From a virus (taxonomy: Duplodnaviria > Caudoviricetes), in IMG/VR virus record IMGVR_UViG_3300035208_002098, positions 1 to 64,000 of that record: 64,000 nt of DNA; one strand, 5' to 3'. The position numbers and the translations under genes are program-made. Of the stretch, positions 13,327 through 26,956 are shown piece by piece. Each line of letters begins with the position of its first letter. Within the stretch, counting starts at the first letter, position 1. The notes under the pieces were generated by a model, which did no database searches, was not told the origin of the DNA, and worked only from the letters and a program-made list of their open reading frames with translations.

Positions 13327-16300
13327 TGATTATATCATTGATTGTGTTGATTGTTTTATCAAATGCTTTATTAAGGAATATAATAAATTCTTCATTAGTT
13401 ATTTCCTTAATATACCCATCATTGATATCTTTTATATTTAGAAAACAATCGTCATTCATATCTACACTTATAGCACCACAAGCATGTTCTCCACCATATA
13501 TTTTAATACATTCGAAGTTTACTTTATTATTTTCTACATAACCAACACTGGTTAATTTTATAACTGAAGAAGCTGATAGTTTATAACATTTACCTATTAA
13601 ATTAGTATACTCATGATTGTTTAATTTCTCTAATTCTAGTTTTAGATTATTTACTTCTAATTGTTTTTCTTCAATTTGTTTTATAAGTTTATCTCTCATG
13701 ATTTATATGTTATTTTATTAATTCAACTTCAAGTTCACCATTATAAAATATGTTACGACAGTCAGTTTTTAAATATGGTTCATTATCTTTTCTCCAATCA
13801 GAATATTTCTGAGTAACAACATGAATAATACCATTGAAACGAAATCTATCATGTTTTTTTAGTTTGCTTATTATTGTTTTCATATTTATTTTTTAATGGT
13901 TTTAAAATATATTTCAAAAAATATTACCCAGATACAACTAAATAATCCTAAACAATATGGTATAATTTTATCTGTGTGGTAATTAAATATAATTGATAAG
14001 ACACTCAGTATACCTAATAGAGTATATATCTGTATTATATGGTTTCTTTTTATTAGTTTATCAATATCTATAATATAGTTATATATGAATATTTTACTAA
14101 TATTTTTATATAATACGAATATTATAAAACATAATATCATAACACACAAATAAAAACTTTCCACCATATTATTATTTATCTATATTTTCCATAGTTTACG
14201 TTACAGCTTTTTGTTTGGTCTTCTGGTTCACAATTACAATAGGTGCACCATATTATTTTACCATTTAGGTATGTATCTTTTTCTTCTTGTGTTTGAAATT
14301 CTTGTATATATTCTAGTTCCCATTCTGGTAATTGAGTTAATACTGATTTCCTAATAACTCGTTTAGCGAAGCCACATTCTTTTATATGGTATATACCAGT
14401 TTTCAAATCAAAATTGATTCCTGTATAACAATAGAATCCTTTTGGTATTTTCTTTTTTAATTTTCTAGGTAATTTATCCATTATTAGTTTTATTAACGAA
14501 TAAGTAATTAAGGGCACCAATTAACGTTTGTATGACAATATATGCTGTTACACCTATAATCATTACACAAGTTATAAATGTTTGTAAGAACGTCATTATA
14601 ATTGATGTTACGATGGTGTATGGTGCAAACGTAGTTAAGAACAATAATATTTTACCGGGTAGATTAAGTTTTTTAGAGAACTTAATTAACTTAAAGTAGA
14701 TAGAATAATCGTCTTCATATTTATGATAACGTTGGTTATATTTTAAACTAAATACGTCATGATATAGCGTTTCATCGTAACATACATCTTTAAAGAATTT
14801 TAAAGCTTTAATTATTTTATCTTTCATGGGTTATAATATATTTAAGTATTCATTGAATCTATGTTCTCTAATTGGTCTTACTTCTGGTTTTGTTGAAAAT
14901 CGTAATAATAGACATGGTGATATTTTATTATATGTATCAACGAATTCATATGAAATTAATTCATTATTTTTTATTCTGTTTTTTATTTTATTATGATATG
15001 GATACATTACTTTCTTTATTTTATACTACTGGTATTTCTTTATATAGAATAGTTGTTGTTACGTGGTGTGCTTGACCATCACCTGATGATGTTGATAATA
15101 AATTAATTATTTCTATATTATTTGATGAAAGAAATTCATTAATTAAAACTTCCAATGTAACATAACCATGGTTAGTGTTATTAATTGTGTGGAATACTTT
15201 TACTTTATACATATTATTTACTTAATTCTGTTATTAGTGCATCGAAACATATATTTCTGTTTTTCCTATCGAATTTTTTAACTGTGGACCACCAATAACC
15301 TTCATATTTTTTAATGTTTGGTTCTGGCTTTTTGAAGTTATATTTTTCAGATAATGACGTAATATTTCCAATATTAAATTCTGGTATATATTTATTCACA
15401 TGAATAATAAGGATATTGGTCTTATATTTTTTATCTATAATTCTGTCTATTGAAAAGCACATAGAATCTTTAATTTTACCACAATTTTCTTTAGAATTCA
15501 TATATTTTTGTGCTTCTAATAGAATTTCTATTTTTTCTTCGTTTGTTAATGACTTCATAATACATATTTTAAATTAGACATATGCAAAGATATAACATTA
15601 ATTTGATATAATCAAATAATTTATATTTTATCTAAGATTTATAGTTGTTAAATTAGACATATAAGTTTTATATTCTTCAATAGAATTAAATTTAAAAACA
15701 TCACCGGAATTATCTGTAGTTGTAATACATTTAACGGTACCTAGTTTTACATTAACAAATAGATATGTAGCACATTTATGGTGATTAAATAATATTCTAA
15801 AAATATCGTAAGTTCGGCAAGGGCTAAATCTAGCATCATAATTAATTAGATATGAATATTCACCACCTTTATTTATTATGTCGTAATATTCAAATTTTAG
15901 TAATGTTTCTAATTCACGAATTCTTTCCTTATAAAATATTTTATGATTATATTCGTTTAATTCTGAACACACATATTTAGTTTTAGCATCATTATCTTTA
16001 AATTTAGGTGAACTATTATTTAATTCATATACAATTTTAAATTCTTCATCGGTTAATTCGAAAACTACTAGTGATGATAAAGCATATTCATTACGAACTT
16101 TATCACATTCTTCTTTAGTTCCAACAAACACAATTTTATTGGTTTGGTCATCCGGGTGTATTTCTACTAATTTATGTGTAATCATAATAGTTTAATTTTT
16201 AAAATTTCTTTTTTGGTTTATTTCTTGCTACACGTATTAATCGTTCATTAGTACTAATTCGATATCCTCTTTTGTCACAAATATCATCAAAATCATCAGA

Positions 16301-17863
16301 CCTAAACCCACCACTCATATTGTTTTTGATTTCGTTATACATAAAAATAATATCATCATCTGATATATCTTTGAGTATTTTGGCTAATTTAGTTCTATCT
16401 TCTTTAGTTAAAATTGACATTCTAATCTTTTCATCAACCCACTCTTTACGTTTTTTATCTAATTCTTGTTGTTCTCTTTCATACACCCAATCAGATATAT
16501 CAGGACTATCACCTATTGAATCCATAATTATATATTTTAACGACTAGCCGCTTTAGCGGCTCTTAATCTATTTTCTTTAGTATGTTGTATTTCTTTTTCT
16601 AGAGTATCTTCAGTTGGATAAACTTGTCTATCTTCAACTGATTTACCTTCATTCATAAAAGGTTTAATAGCTTCTAATTTATCTATATTTTTTTCATGGT
16701 TGTTTAATATCATATAATGCTAATACTGGTGTACTACCATATTTCGTTTTAATAATATTTATTGGGAATCCCTCTTTATCTAATAACTTAAGAAGTATCT
16801 TTGTCATTATGTTTGTATCATACGACCAAGCGTACTTAATTAATTGTACTTCGGCTGCACTACCATAGATTTTAATATTTTCTTCTAATTGACTTATAGC
16901 AATATCTAAATCTTTCTTTACTTGTTCGGTATAATATGACAACAGATGCTGTTCAGCTTGAACCTGTTCGATTTTAAGCTCTGTATCACGTTTTTTAGCT
17001 AATTCTCTAAGTTTAAATACTTTTTTCATATTATATAAATGCATTAAGTATATAATTCTCGATAACACTTTCATCTATTTTAAGTTTACCACATTCTTTA
17101 TTAGATTTAACTATACTTAAAAAATATTCCATATTGGTTTCCATCCATCTAATGTCAAAACCACGGGTATATCTAGTATCAACAAAATAACCATCATTTT
17201 CTAAGATAGTCTTATGTTCATTTGATATATCAAATGTTGATATAAAAACAGAATACCAACCAAACTCGATAGCTTCGTTTATCTGTTTATATATTTTCCC
17301 CAATTCAGTAGTTTCTTTATTTTTGAATTGGGTTTTAATCTGTTCTCGTGCTTCAGATGCTGTCATATTATATATCTTTGATTAGATTTTTAAATTCTTC
17401 AATAGATACTTCTTTATCATTGATTATGATTTTAATATCCATTTTAGTTTTAGGTTCTTGTTTTGGTATTCTACGCCATTTAGTAGGATGCCATATATTA
17501 ACTGGATATTGTTTACTTTCATTATAATCTAATTCTCTACCACCATCAACGCATATACCATTCCCATGTTTATCTTGAGATAAGAATATACGTTTAGACC
17601 ATTCACCACTTAAATATACTTCAACTTCGTCACCCTCTTTTAATGGTGCTTCCCATTCAACTGAATCATCTAGGAATAAATCTAGACTATGTTCAGAATG
17701 AGTATTAAATCTACCGTTTATGAAATAACCATTTATGCTACCATCTGGTAAAATAGCTCGTAAAACATCACTATTAGATTGTAGGTAAGGTTCTTTTATA
17801 TGGATAAATTGCGTTATTTTTTTACCATGTCTTGTACAAAGTGGGTGACCTAAGTTTGCTAAT

Positions 17864-18817
17864 TCAAGAGAGAATTTTTTCATTTTTGTATCCATAATTT
17901 ATTAATTTATTTACTATCGTTTTATATGTATTAATTGGTAGACATTCAGAATGTCCTGAGAATTTAATTAATGGGTGATATTTTTTAATATTTTTTAACA
18001 ATTCTTTTTCGATATTAAATATCAAAAAAGGAGAATCTTTAAATTCAATAAGTGTTTTGAACCCATAAGGCATTCGAACATTTCTATTATACCTTTCTTT
18101 AACACTTTTACTAGTTATTCCTATTTTAAGAAATACTTCATTATCATTATAACATTCTAAAACATAAAATGTTGCTATATTATTTTTACAAATATTATTA
18201 AAGTCTGTTCTAGTCCAGAAACCTTTATTACAACAATTTGGGCAACCCTTTCCACTTAAATGAATACTTCTCGTTTGTTTAAATATAGTTTTACAATTTT
18301 TACAATATATTGTATACTTTTTTCTTTTTTTCAGACTATCATCTAGAAACTCTTCTAGACATAAACTGTAGTCATATTTATTTAAATGTAAACTATTTGC
18401 TTTTGTAGTAAAATTATTATAAGATTTCATATAAATACATTTTTTACATAATATATGTACTTTAGCATTTTCACCAGTTATAGTAAATAAATTATGACAT
18501 TTTTCGCATCTAATCGTTATTAGTCCATGCGTACCAATATAATTAATATTATAAAATGTAAACCGAGTATTATATTTATTTTCTAATAATACTTTTAGTC
18601 GTATAAAACTATTATTATTTTTTTCACAATCACAAATTTTTAGAAAACTTAAAAGATTAGATATTATTATACTATAATTTTTACCACAAGTCTTACATGT
18701 AAGAGTAATTTTGCTTTTATTATTCTTATAATTAGAAAGTGACATAATAAAATTATTACCATATTTTATTATTAGTTTTTCTAATACAAATTCTTGTGTG
18801 TTTGGTTTTCTACCCAT
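17864..18817 (-). CDS. Homing-endonuclease-like protein (repeated Zn-ribbon modules plus C-terminal GIY-YIG-like domain)
   Basis: Repeated CxxC modules and C-terminal FYVL...FLKIGIT...ERY...E. Confidence 0.65.
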   Translation of the reverse strand: MGRKPNTQEFVLEKLIIKYGNNFIMSLSNYKNNKSKITLTCKTCGKNYSIIISNLLSFLKICDCEKNNNSFIRLKVLLENKYNTRFTFYNINYIGTHGLITIRCEKCHNLFTITGENAKVHILCKKCIYMKSYNNFTTKANSLHLNKYDYSLCLEEFLDDSLKKRKKYTIYCKNCKTIFKQTRSIHLSGKGCPNCCNKGFWTRTDFNNICKNNIATFYVLECYNDNEVFLKIGITSKSVKERYNRNVRMPYGFKTLIEFKDSPFLIFNIEKELLKNIKKYHPLIKFSGHSECLPINTYKTIVNKLINYGYKNEKILS

Positions 18818-19031
18818 ATTATATTAATTCAAAAGGTTCATCATCCCACGTTAATTGTTTTCCGGTAAGTTTTAGTGATGTACCTTTTGGTACTTCTAAC
18901 CAAAAGCTTTGGTTTATAACATCATACCATCGATTAAACTCATTTCTTTCTGGTGAATTTTCATACATATATTCATCACCATTTTTATCTACTGCTATCC
19001 ACGCCATATTATTTCTTTTTATTAGAATAAT

Positions 19032-20581
19032 TTATACATTATTTACTGATAACAGATTAGAAACAACTTCAATAAATTTTTCCTCAGACATCGCTGGTGT
19101 ATTTGAATGCTCTTCATCAGTACCATCCATATAACAATCAGAATTTATCCTGAATAATCCTTGCAATTGTCTAACGTCTTCATGACGTTCTTTTTTAAAA
19201 GGCGTTTCAATCTCAATATCTTCAAACTCAATACAACTACCAAATTCATTAGTTGTGGTAGATTGTTTCTTACAGTCTTTAGAACATTTATCACAAGTAC
19301 CTCTTTCAACAATAGTTATAAAGCCATTGGTTAGTTTGGGTTTAATTATAGAATATAGATTATATCCACCACACGCACATTTATTGTGAGTTTCCATATC
19401 AACTTCAATAGATTCAAACTCACCATTAGTATTGTATTTATCAATAAGAGTTTGAATGTCTTGTGAAGATATTTGTGATTGGGTTGATATTAGTTTTTTA
19501 GCCATACTTATAGGTGTTGTTGTACCTACAGTAGATTGAATTACCGTTTTCGAAGTATCTGTATACCAATTCATCTTTAGTATACCAACACTAGGAGAAC
19601 TTGATGTGAGTTCATCCCAATAAAAATCATTAACTTCAATCTTATCTTTAGGGTCCAAACTAATTAGAATGATTTCTTGTGGTATAAAATGTTCGAAACT
19701 AAACATCATACGTTGGATTAATCTTAGTTCACCAAGTTTAACATCCGATAATGGTTTAATACATTTACCAATAATATAAATAGGTAATTCAACATATGTT
19801 GGGTCACACAATACTGGCCGTACAGTTATTTTATTCATAATTATTTCTTTTTATTATTGTTAAACCATTCTTTTATATTTGCATTTTGAGCATTTGTATG
19901 TCTATCGAAAAATTCAGATAGTAATTCCTCAACTTCATCATCATTATATAATGTTTTCTCTTCAGCTTTTCTAGCATTATAACCATCGATGAACCCCATA
20001 CATCTATCTTGTGAATGTTTTTGTCTAATATAATAATCTAGTGGGTAACCAATAACTTCATCTTCTACAATGGTTATAAAACCATTAGTTAATTTAGGAA
20101 AGACTGTTTTATATTTCTCATAATTACCATCAGTGGTTGGTTCATTATCAACTTCAATTTCAATATCCACATCTTCAAACATATTATTAGAATTGTATTG
20201 TTCAATAAACTTTTGAATATCTTCTGGTGATATTTGGTCATGAGTTACAGTTGTTATTACTTTGTTAAGATAGTCAGTAGTACTAAATGGGAATAGTTCA
20301 TTTGTAGCTAATACAACGGCATCATGTGTTTTATTAATACTATCAAATGAATATCTACATAATGTCTTATCACCCCATAAAACTAAATCACCATCTAATA
20401 AATTTTCTTCTTGGTCTATTGATATGAGGTTTAAATCAAATCCATACCAATTTTTATCAACTGAGAATACATCTTGCCATAAAGACAATTGATTTGTTTT
20501 ACAGTGTTTCCATAAGCCAACTTTAGTTGGAGAACTGTTATTATTAGGAACCAAAATTGGTGTTGCTGATATTTTTTCCAT
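19032..20581 (-). CDS. Two tandem paralogous hypothetical proteins
   Basis: Shared motifs LIS.D, QIS..DIQ..I..YN and PKLTNGFITIVE in ORFs 19032-19838 and 19841-20581. Confidence 0.7.
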
Positions 20582-20984
20582 TATTTTTATGTATTATTTA
20601 TGCAAATGTACGAATAATAATTTACAATTCCAAATATTTAATCTATTATTTCTGGTATTTCACACCAATGGGTTACAAATTCATCACAAAGTTCGTTTAT
20701 ATGTGGACTATCTGACACTAAATAGTCACAATGATTATCAAGTATATAAGCTGTTTGGCCATATTCTAATGTAGCCTCATTTCGAGTAACCTTGTCATCG
20801 AAAAAAGTAATTGTATCTTTATTACGCCAAGTAGTTTTAGCTCTAAAGATGACTTGTTTATCAAATGGTGGGAACTTATCAGTTATTTTAATCATTTCCA
20901 TATCCTAATAATTTAATTAAGATACAAAGATAATAAAAATAAATGTAATAAACAAGGAAATAATAATAAATCTAATATAAGCAC

Positions 20985-21665
20985 TTATTTAATTATTTTT
21001 GTTATGTAAATAGTAAAATCATTTTTTAAATAATCATCAATTATTTCGATATTAGTAAATTCACCAAACTCTTTCATAAATAATTTATACATTTCTTTTT
21101 TATCATAACCTCTTATAGCTTCTAAATCAGAATTTTTAGCGTAGGTGGATTCTAAAAAATTAACACCAACACCATATTTTGCTTGAGTAACACCAATTTT
21201 AATGGTTTGCATCATATCTTTTATAGGCGTATATACGGTAAATGCTCCCGATGAGATAAACCAATCATATTGTAGTTTAACATCATTTATATCTTTTATA
21301 GTTTTAAACATTACATTTGGATATTTATTTTTACATTTTTCAATAAAATCATCATTAATATCAACACCCACATACCCAAATTTATTATATTTTTCAGACA
21401 TATATTCATATAATGCACCTAAACCACATCCAAAATCTAAAATTGTGTCACCATTTTTAAAACCTATGTTTAATAAAACTTTAAATCTGGTATCTTGTTC
21501 TTTTTTAGAATCCCAACCAACAATTTGTGATTGATTTTTAGAATCATGGTAATATTCCGGGTAAAAACTTTTTATTATTTCTAAATTATCATTTTTATAT
21601 TTTTCAGTTAGAAATTCATGTATAGTTTTCGCTATTAATTTATTTGTATTAATATATTTATCCAT
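20985..21665 (-). CDS. Class I SAM-dependent methyltransferase
   Basis: ILDFGCGLG motif I and YVGVDI motif II. Confidence 0.85.
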   Translation of the reverse strand: MDKYINTNKLIAKTIHEFLTEKYKNDNLEIIKSFYPEYYHDSKNQSQIVGWDSKKEQDTRFKVLLNIGFKNGDTILDFGCGLGALYEYMSEKYNKFGYVGVDINDDFIEKCKNKYPNVMFKTIKDINDVKLQYDWFISSGAFTVYTPIKDMMQTIKIGVTQAKYGVGVNFLESTYAKNSDLEAIRGYDKKEMYKLFMKEFGEFTNIEIIDDYLKNDFTIYITKIIK

Positions 21666-21675
21666 AAATTTTTAA

Positions 21676-22296
21676 TTATAATTCATATGATTGTAATTTA
21701 TCATTAGGTCCAACTTGTAGGATGTTTTTAATTTTCTTCATATTATATAGTACCATCATATCTTCACCCCATCCAAAAGGATTGTGAACCATTTCATAGT
21801 CTATATTGTTATCCACATAGAATTGTCTTAAAACTTGTGTATTTGTAGGTTTAATAGCTTTATTATTAAGTATAATATTATTAAAGACATAAGCTTTAAC
21901 TTTATTATTTTCATCTATGAACCTTTGTAATCTTTCAATTACTAACTTTCTTAGTGTTTTAATAACATACGTATTAATAAATTCTAATAAGGTATTATAA
22001 TTAAGAACTGAATTATTAATATCATTACCAAGTTCTGCAGTAACAATATATAATTTTCTAGAACCTTTAGCATATTTTTTAGCTGTATCATAGTGTGTAG
22101 TTATGTATAATCCGGGGCCATATTCATATCTACCATTTTTCTGAGCTATATTATCATTATAATCATTAAGATTACCACCGTGGAAGAAGTTTTTAGTGTT
22201 AGGTATATTAGGTGGTGTAATAATATTTTCATGTAAAAATAGTTTCTTACGTAATTCTTCTTTAATAAATTGTTTTACTTCTTCCTTATGAGTCAT
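21676..22296 (-). CDS. Putative ADP-ribosyltransferase-fold protein
   Basis: FFHG...YGPGLYITT...AKKYA plus a late Glu strand (EDMMVLY), an H-Y-E type ART pattern. Confidence 0.5.
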   Translation of the reverse strand: MTHKEEVKQFIKEELRKKLFLHENIITPPNIPNTKNFFHGGNLNDYNDNIAQKNGRYEYGPGLYITTHYDTAKKYAKGSRKLYIVTAELGNDINNSVLNYNTLLEFINTYVIKTLRKLVIERLQRFIDENNKVKAYVFNNIILNNKAIKPTNTQVLRQFYVDNNIDYEMVHNPFGWGEDMMVLYNMKKIKNILQVGPNDKLQSYEL

Positions 22297-22309
22297 ATCA
22301 AAATGTTTA

Positions 22310-23400
22310 TTAATAAATATCAGTACAAGTTATTTTAGTATAGGTATCATCAATCATTATTGGAATACCACATACCATTGTTGGTGTATATTCGGTTTTT
22401 TCCCTAAATCTTACTTCATTAGTTATATAATCATTATAATTAGGCTTATTGAATATAAAATTTTGTATTTCACGATATATCTTATCTTCATGATATTGTG
22501 GCATAATAATAAATCTTGGTGTTGTTTCATTATTAGTTTCAAAAAAATCGTTAAGCTCATTTATAAGACTATCAAGACTAGATTCATTATTAAACGTCAT
22601 GAATGTCTTTGGTATATATTCATTGAAATTCATCACAAACAGTTCTATTTACATAACATTTAATTGAATCTGTATCATAATTAAATATAATATTCATATT
22701 GAATAGTATTAAGTTATTTGGTATTATATTACCTAAATTAAATTCTGAATTAACTTCTGTATATCTACTAACTGGTATAAACATAACGGTTGGTTCTAGA
22801 TTATGTTTATCGATATATTTTCGTTTAACATCTAACATTTGATGTGCTACAGTTTTATTATTAAATCTTAATTGATATCTAGGTTTATAATCATTAAAGT
22901 CCATAGTAATTACTCTTCAAAACAAATCGGTTTACCAATACCACCAGTAAATTCGACTTTCATACCAAATATTCTGGTATTATCTATCATTTTATGGGTT
23001 TCAAATTCATACATTGTTCTATGTGCATTTGGTAGAAATATTATTCTTGGTTCACAATCATTTTTACTTATAAATTCGTTCCTAATATCGTATAACATAT
23101 TAAGATATTTTGAGTTAAAATGTAAAGCTTTTTTTGGTTTATATTCTTTAAAATCCATTATTCTAATAAAACATTATCAATATTATCCATGAATATTATT
23201 TTAATACCTAAATAGTTATTAAATGTTACATTTTTATTAAGTTTATTTATATATTCAAATAGATATTTTGATGGTATGGTAATAAGTTGTGGTGATTTAT
23301 TATATTTTTTATTAAAAGAAATTACCTCATCATGAATAATTTCTATAATTGTAACATTAAATTTAATGTTTTTATTACCTATATAATTATTAAAATCCAT
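22310..23400 (-). CDS. Second cluster of four MNFNNY/MDFNDY-type small ORFs
   Basis: Starts MMNFNEYIP, MDFNDYKP, MDFKEYKP and MDFNNYIG. Confidence 0.75.
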
Positions 23401-25278
23401 ATCTTAAAATTGTCTTTCAATTTCCATTCGTTTTAAACAATCTAAAGCTGTTTCCTTTGGTAACATAATATACCCACAACCAGTTGTACCACCCTTCCAA
23501 CTACCTTTACGTTTACCACATTCTTTAGAAAAATGAATATCAATACTTCTATTAACAGTATTAAATAAACTAGTCCATTTTAACCATTTAGGTCTCCATT
23601 CTCTTTCTTCAACATATATTATAGTTGGTATTATTTCACCATCATAAATATCTATATAGTTATAAGTCCAAGATTTTTGTTTTTCCTTCCATTCATCTTC
23701 ATAGAAAGATTTCCTAGTATGTTTAGTCTCGTGTTCCCACGTATCATCTTTAAGCAATATAGATGTTCTAACCCAATCTTTATTAACAAATGGTATTTCC
23801 CATGTCCACCATTTATTACCACCATTCATATTACCTTGCCCACCTCTATATATCCAGAACGTGTTATTATGTATTGCGATACCCCATTTTGGTGAATCAC
23901 ATTCATCAGTCCATTTATTTTTAAATGGTAATATCAGGGTAAGGTTAAAGAATATAATATCTAAATTTATTCTAGGTCTATTATCAAAATAGCCACATGT
24001 TTCAAAGCTGATATCAAATACTTTACTCCAATAAAATACAATAAACTTATTTTGGTAAATCCACTTTTCTTTTATTTTCATATTATTTTTTCTTTTTAGG
24101 TTCCGGCATTGGAACTTCTTCTAGTTTAAATTTTCTATTGTCTCTACCAGCTTGTGGTTTAACAAATGGCCCAGCTATCCATTCACCTTCATTTATAAAG
24201 TAAACATAGTCTGGTATTGTTTTAGTATATCGTGCACCCATAACTTTATTCTCTATTTTGATATAATATCCGTTAATTCTTGTGAGTAAATAAACCCGGC
24301 ACCACTTATCATTTGAATCATGTATTCATCTGTATAACCTCTAGAATATCGTTTTATTAAATCCCAGTCATGTTTTTCAATTGCTCTCAACATACCGGGG
24401 TCTTTACCCCAAAACTCAAACACACCTTCACTTAATTCACCATCACACATACCAGCATTTCGTAGTGCATCATTATCTACATTATGGGCACCAATAAAAT
24501 CAGCCATACCATGTTCAGCTTCCCAAAAATCAATAGGTACTATAACGACAGTTCTTAGGTCTAGACCATATTTTTCTTCGTCATCCAAATAACTTAAATT
24601 ATCAATCGCAAATAATAATTCATTCGCTTTATATATTTTAGTATCTTCATCGTCACCACCAATACCAAAATGTTCTTCGAAATATTTATCTATATCACCC
24701 ATAAGTATATTTGTTTATTTATCCCAAACAGATTTAAATTTAGTTTTTAAAAATTTTAATGTTATATTATTTTGAGTTGAATAATAACAATCATTCTCAA
24801 CATTTTCGAATTCAACCAATAAACTTTCAGCTGGAATATCTTTAAGTAATTCTACTGTTTTATCACCATAGGAATATATACCTTCATACACCGCATTAAT
24901 ATCATTAAACCAACCAGCTAAAATATCGTCAGATGAAATATATTTTCTACTATATTTTTTCCATTGGTTACCACATGTACTACAATGATTTACTTCAGAT
25001 GTATTTATTTTTGAACTACCATATATGCTACCACTACCACAATAAAGTGAGCCTGATACATTACCTTTACCTTCAACGTTTGATATTTTATTTACAATTT
25101 TATTGGAGTTACATAAAGGACATGTCGAGTTATTAATTTTTTCTCGTTCTCTATCATGTTCAATACAAGATGATGCTTTTTTAGTAGCTAAAGCTTTTAA
25201 TACTGAGCAACCATCATCAATAAGTTTTTGTTGTTCTTTACTTAATATATTAAAGAATTTTCTAAATCTACTCATAGC

Positions 25279-26697
25279 TTATAATTTTTCTATTATACCT
25301 TTTCTATTAGTTATTTCTTTACATACTTTTGCTGGTATAAGATTTTTGCCTATATAGATATATGTACCTTGGTTAGCTGTGCCACCACTAATAAGAATTT
25401 GGTTTTTATTAACACTTAAATGTTTACCAGACCAATTTTCAGTTATTTTAATTTTAGCACCTTTCGAGAAATTATAACGAGTTTTTCTAATACTATTATT
25501 ACCTTTGGTAACTTGTTTTCTGGTTCCATCTGGATTTAATATTGGTGTTCTATATTGTCTCAAATTTTCACCATTAGTCGATTTATTTCGTTTTGTTCTA
25601 CCAGAATTTAATACATATCCGGTTTTTATTTCACCATCTCTTGAATCAATATATTTAGCATCTCTAAATGTTTGTAATGCTCTATTGTTTCTACGTTCAC
25701 ACTTAAGATTAATAGTTTCAGATATTTTATCTTTGTCAGTACCACCAGCTATAATAAAAGCATCGTTATGGTGAGATTTCTCAATTTTATTATGAATTCT
25801 ATTAGCTTTAGTAATATAACCGTGTGTATTAGTAATTTCTATATTGGGATATAATTCTCGTAATTGATTAAGAATTCTAGTTTTAATAATATTCATAAAT
25901 GTAGAATCTTTAAAACCTTTAACTTTAAAACCGTTTTTTTGCCAATCTACTAAGAATCCTTTTTCATGGTTTTTAGCTGTATGACATTTTTCACAAAGTG
26001 TTATTAAATTACTTGGTTTATCTGAACCACCATTACGTCTATATATAATATGATGTACGTTTAATACCGGTTTATAGTTTTTATCGTCTTTATGTTTACA
26101 ATCTGGATTTTGACATTTATGGTCATCTCTATGGAGAATATATTCTCTAATATTCCAATATCCTAATTGTTCACCTTGTTGATATTCAACACTAGTAATT
26201 AATGGGTTATTAATTTTCTGAATATCAAAATTAGCCGTTTCTAATATAATTTTAGTTATTGGCAATCTAGTAATTAGTTTATCAATCTGTTTGATATGAG
26301 TATCAAATTTGTGTTGAGTTGATGGTGGTAACCAATTATCTTTTCTAGTTCTAAAATCGAATCGCTTTGCACGATATCTAAGTCTACTCCTTCGTAAGCT
26401 ACGACATCGTTGTTTATCAGATATCAATGATTTGATATCATTACGAAGTTCCAATTCACAACCAAACAATTCTTCTTTAATTGTTAAAGCTGAAATTCCA
26501 ATGAATGAATAACCGGTATCAATACCAAGTGTAATTGGTTGTATGAATTCTGGTGTATCATATAGTAATTTAATAGTAAATGGTTCATGCGAAAAAATTT
26601 CAGCTTTACCATCTTTAATTAATCGCCTAACTTTACCGTATTTTTCGGTTGGCATAAGCGGTTCTCCGTTTTTGTTAAGTACGAATACTTTTTTCAT
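25279..26697 (-). CDS. iscB: IscB RNA-guided endonuclease (PLMP, split RuvC, HNH), CRISPR-associated
   Basis: PLMP motif; RuvC-I GIDTG; Arg-rich bridge helix RSLRRSRLRYRAKRF; RuvC-II LETANFD; HNH VHHI...N..TLCEKCH; RuvC-III SHHNDA; 472 aa. Confidence 0.95.
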   Translation of the reverse strand: MKKVFVLNKNGEPLMPTEKYGKVRRLIKDGKAEIFSHEPFTIKLLYDTPEFIQPITLGIDTGYSFIGISALTIKEELFGCELELRNDIKSLISDKQRCRSLRRSRLRYRAKRFDFRTRKDNWLPPSTQHKFDTHIKQIDKLITRLPITKIILETANFDIQKINNPLITSVEYQQGEQLGYWNIREYILHRDDHKCQNPDCKHKDDKNYKPVLNVHHIIYRRNGGSDKPSNLITLCEKCHTAKNHEKGFLVDWQKNGFKVKGFKDSTFMNIIKTRILNQLRELYPNIEITNTHGYITKANRIHNKIEKSHHNDAFIIAGGTDKDKISETINLKCERRNNRALQTFRDAKYIDSRDGEIKTGYVLNSGRTKRNKSTNGENLRQYRTPILNPDGTRKQVTKGNNSIRKTRYNFSKGAKIKITENWSGKHLSVNKNQILISGGTANQGTYIYIGKNLIPAKVCKEITNRKGIIEKL

Positions 26698-26719
26698 TTT
26701 GTTTTTAATTTAAATTAAT

Positions 26720-26945
26720 AAATAAATCAGGGTCGAAACCCTGTGGTCCACTTTGACAATGTTATAAAAGCTTGTAATTTACCTTCCACTTCTCCGTATA
26801 GGGTTAGAGATGTTTAGTCGGGTAACACATTGCTACAGGCTAGTGGAGCACCGTAGGTGTGATGACTTAAATAACGTAGGTTTCCCTGAGTCATAATTGT
26901 AATCATCGAGAACTTCATTCTCAATTTTAAAAATAAGGTATGTTT
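26720..26945 (-). ncRNA. omegaRNA scaffold with a 5' anti-repeat (tracr-like)
   Basis: - strand contains CTACGTT, ACCTACGG...CTGTAG, TAAAC, ATAACATTG and a terminal CAGGGTTTCGACCCTG hairpin resembling IscB omegaRNAs. Its 5' part ATACCTTATTTT...TTACAAT is complementary to the repeat. Confidence 0.85.
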
Positions 26946-26956
26946 TTAATATTTTT

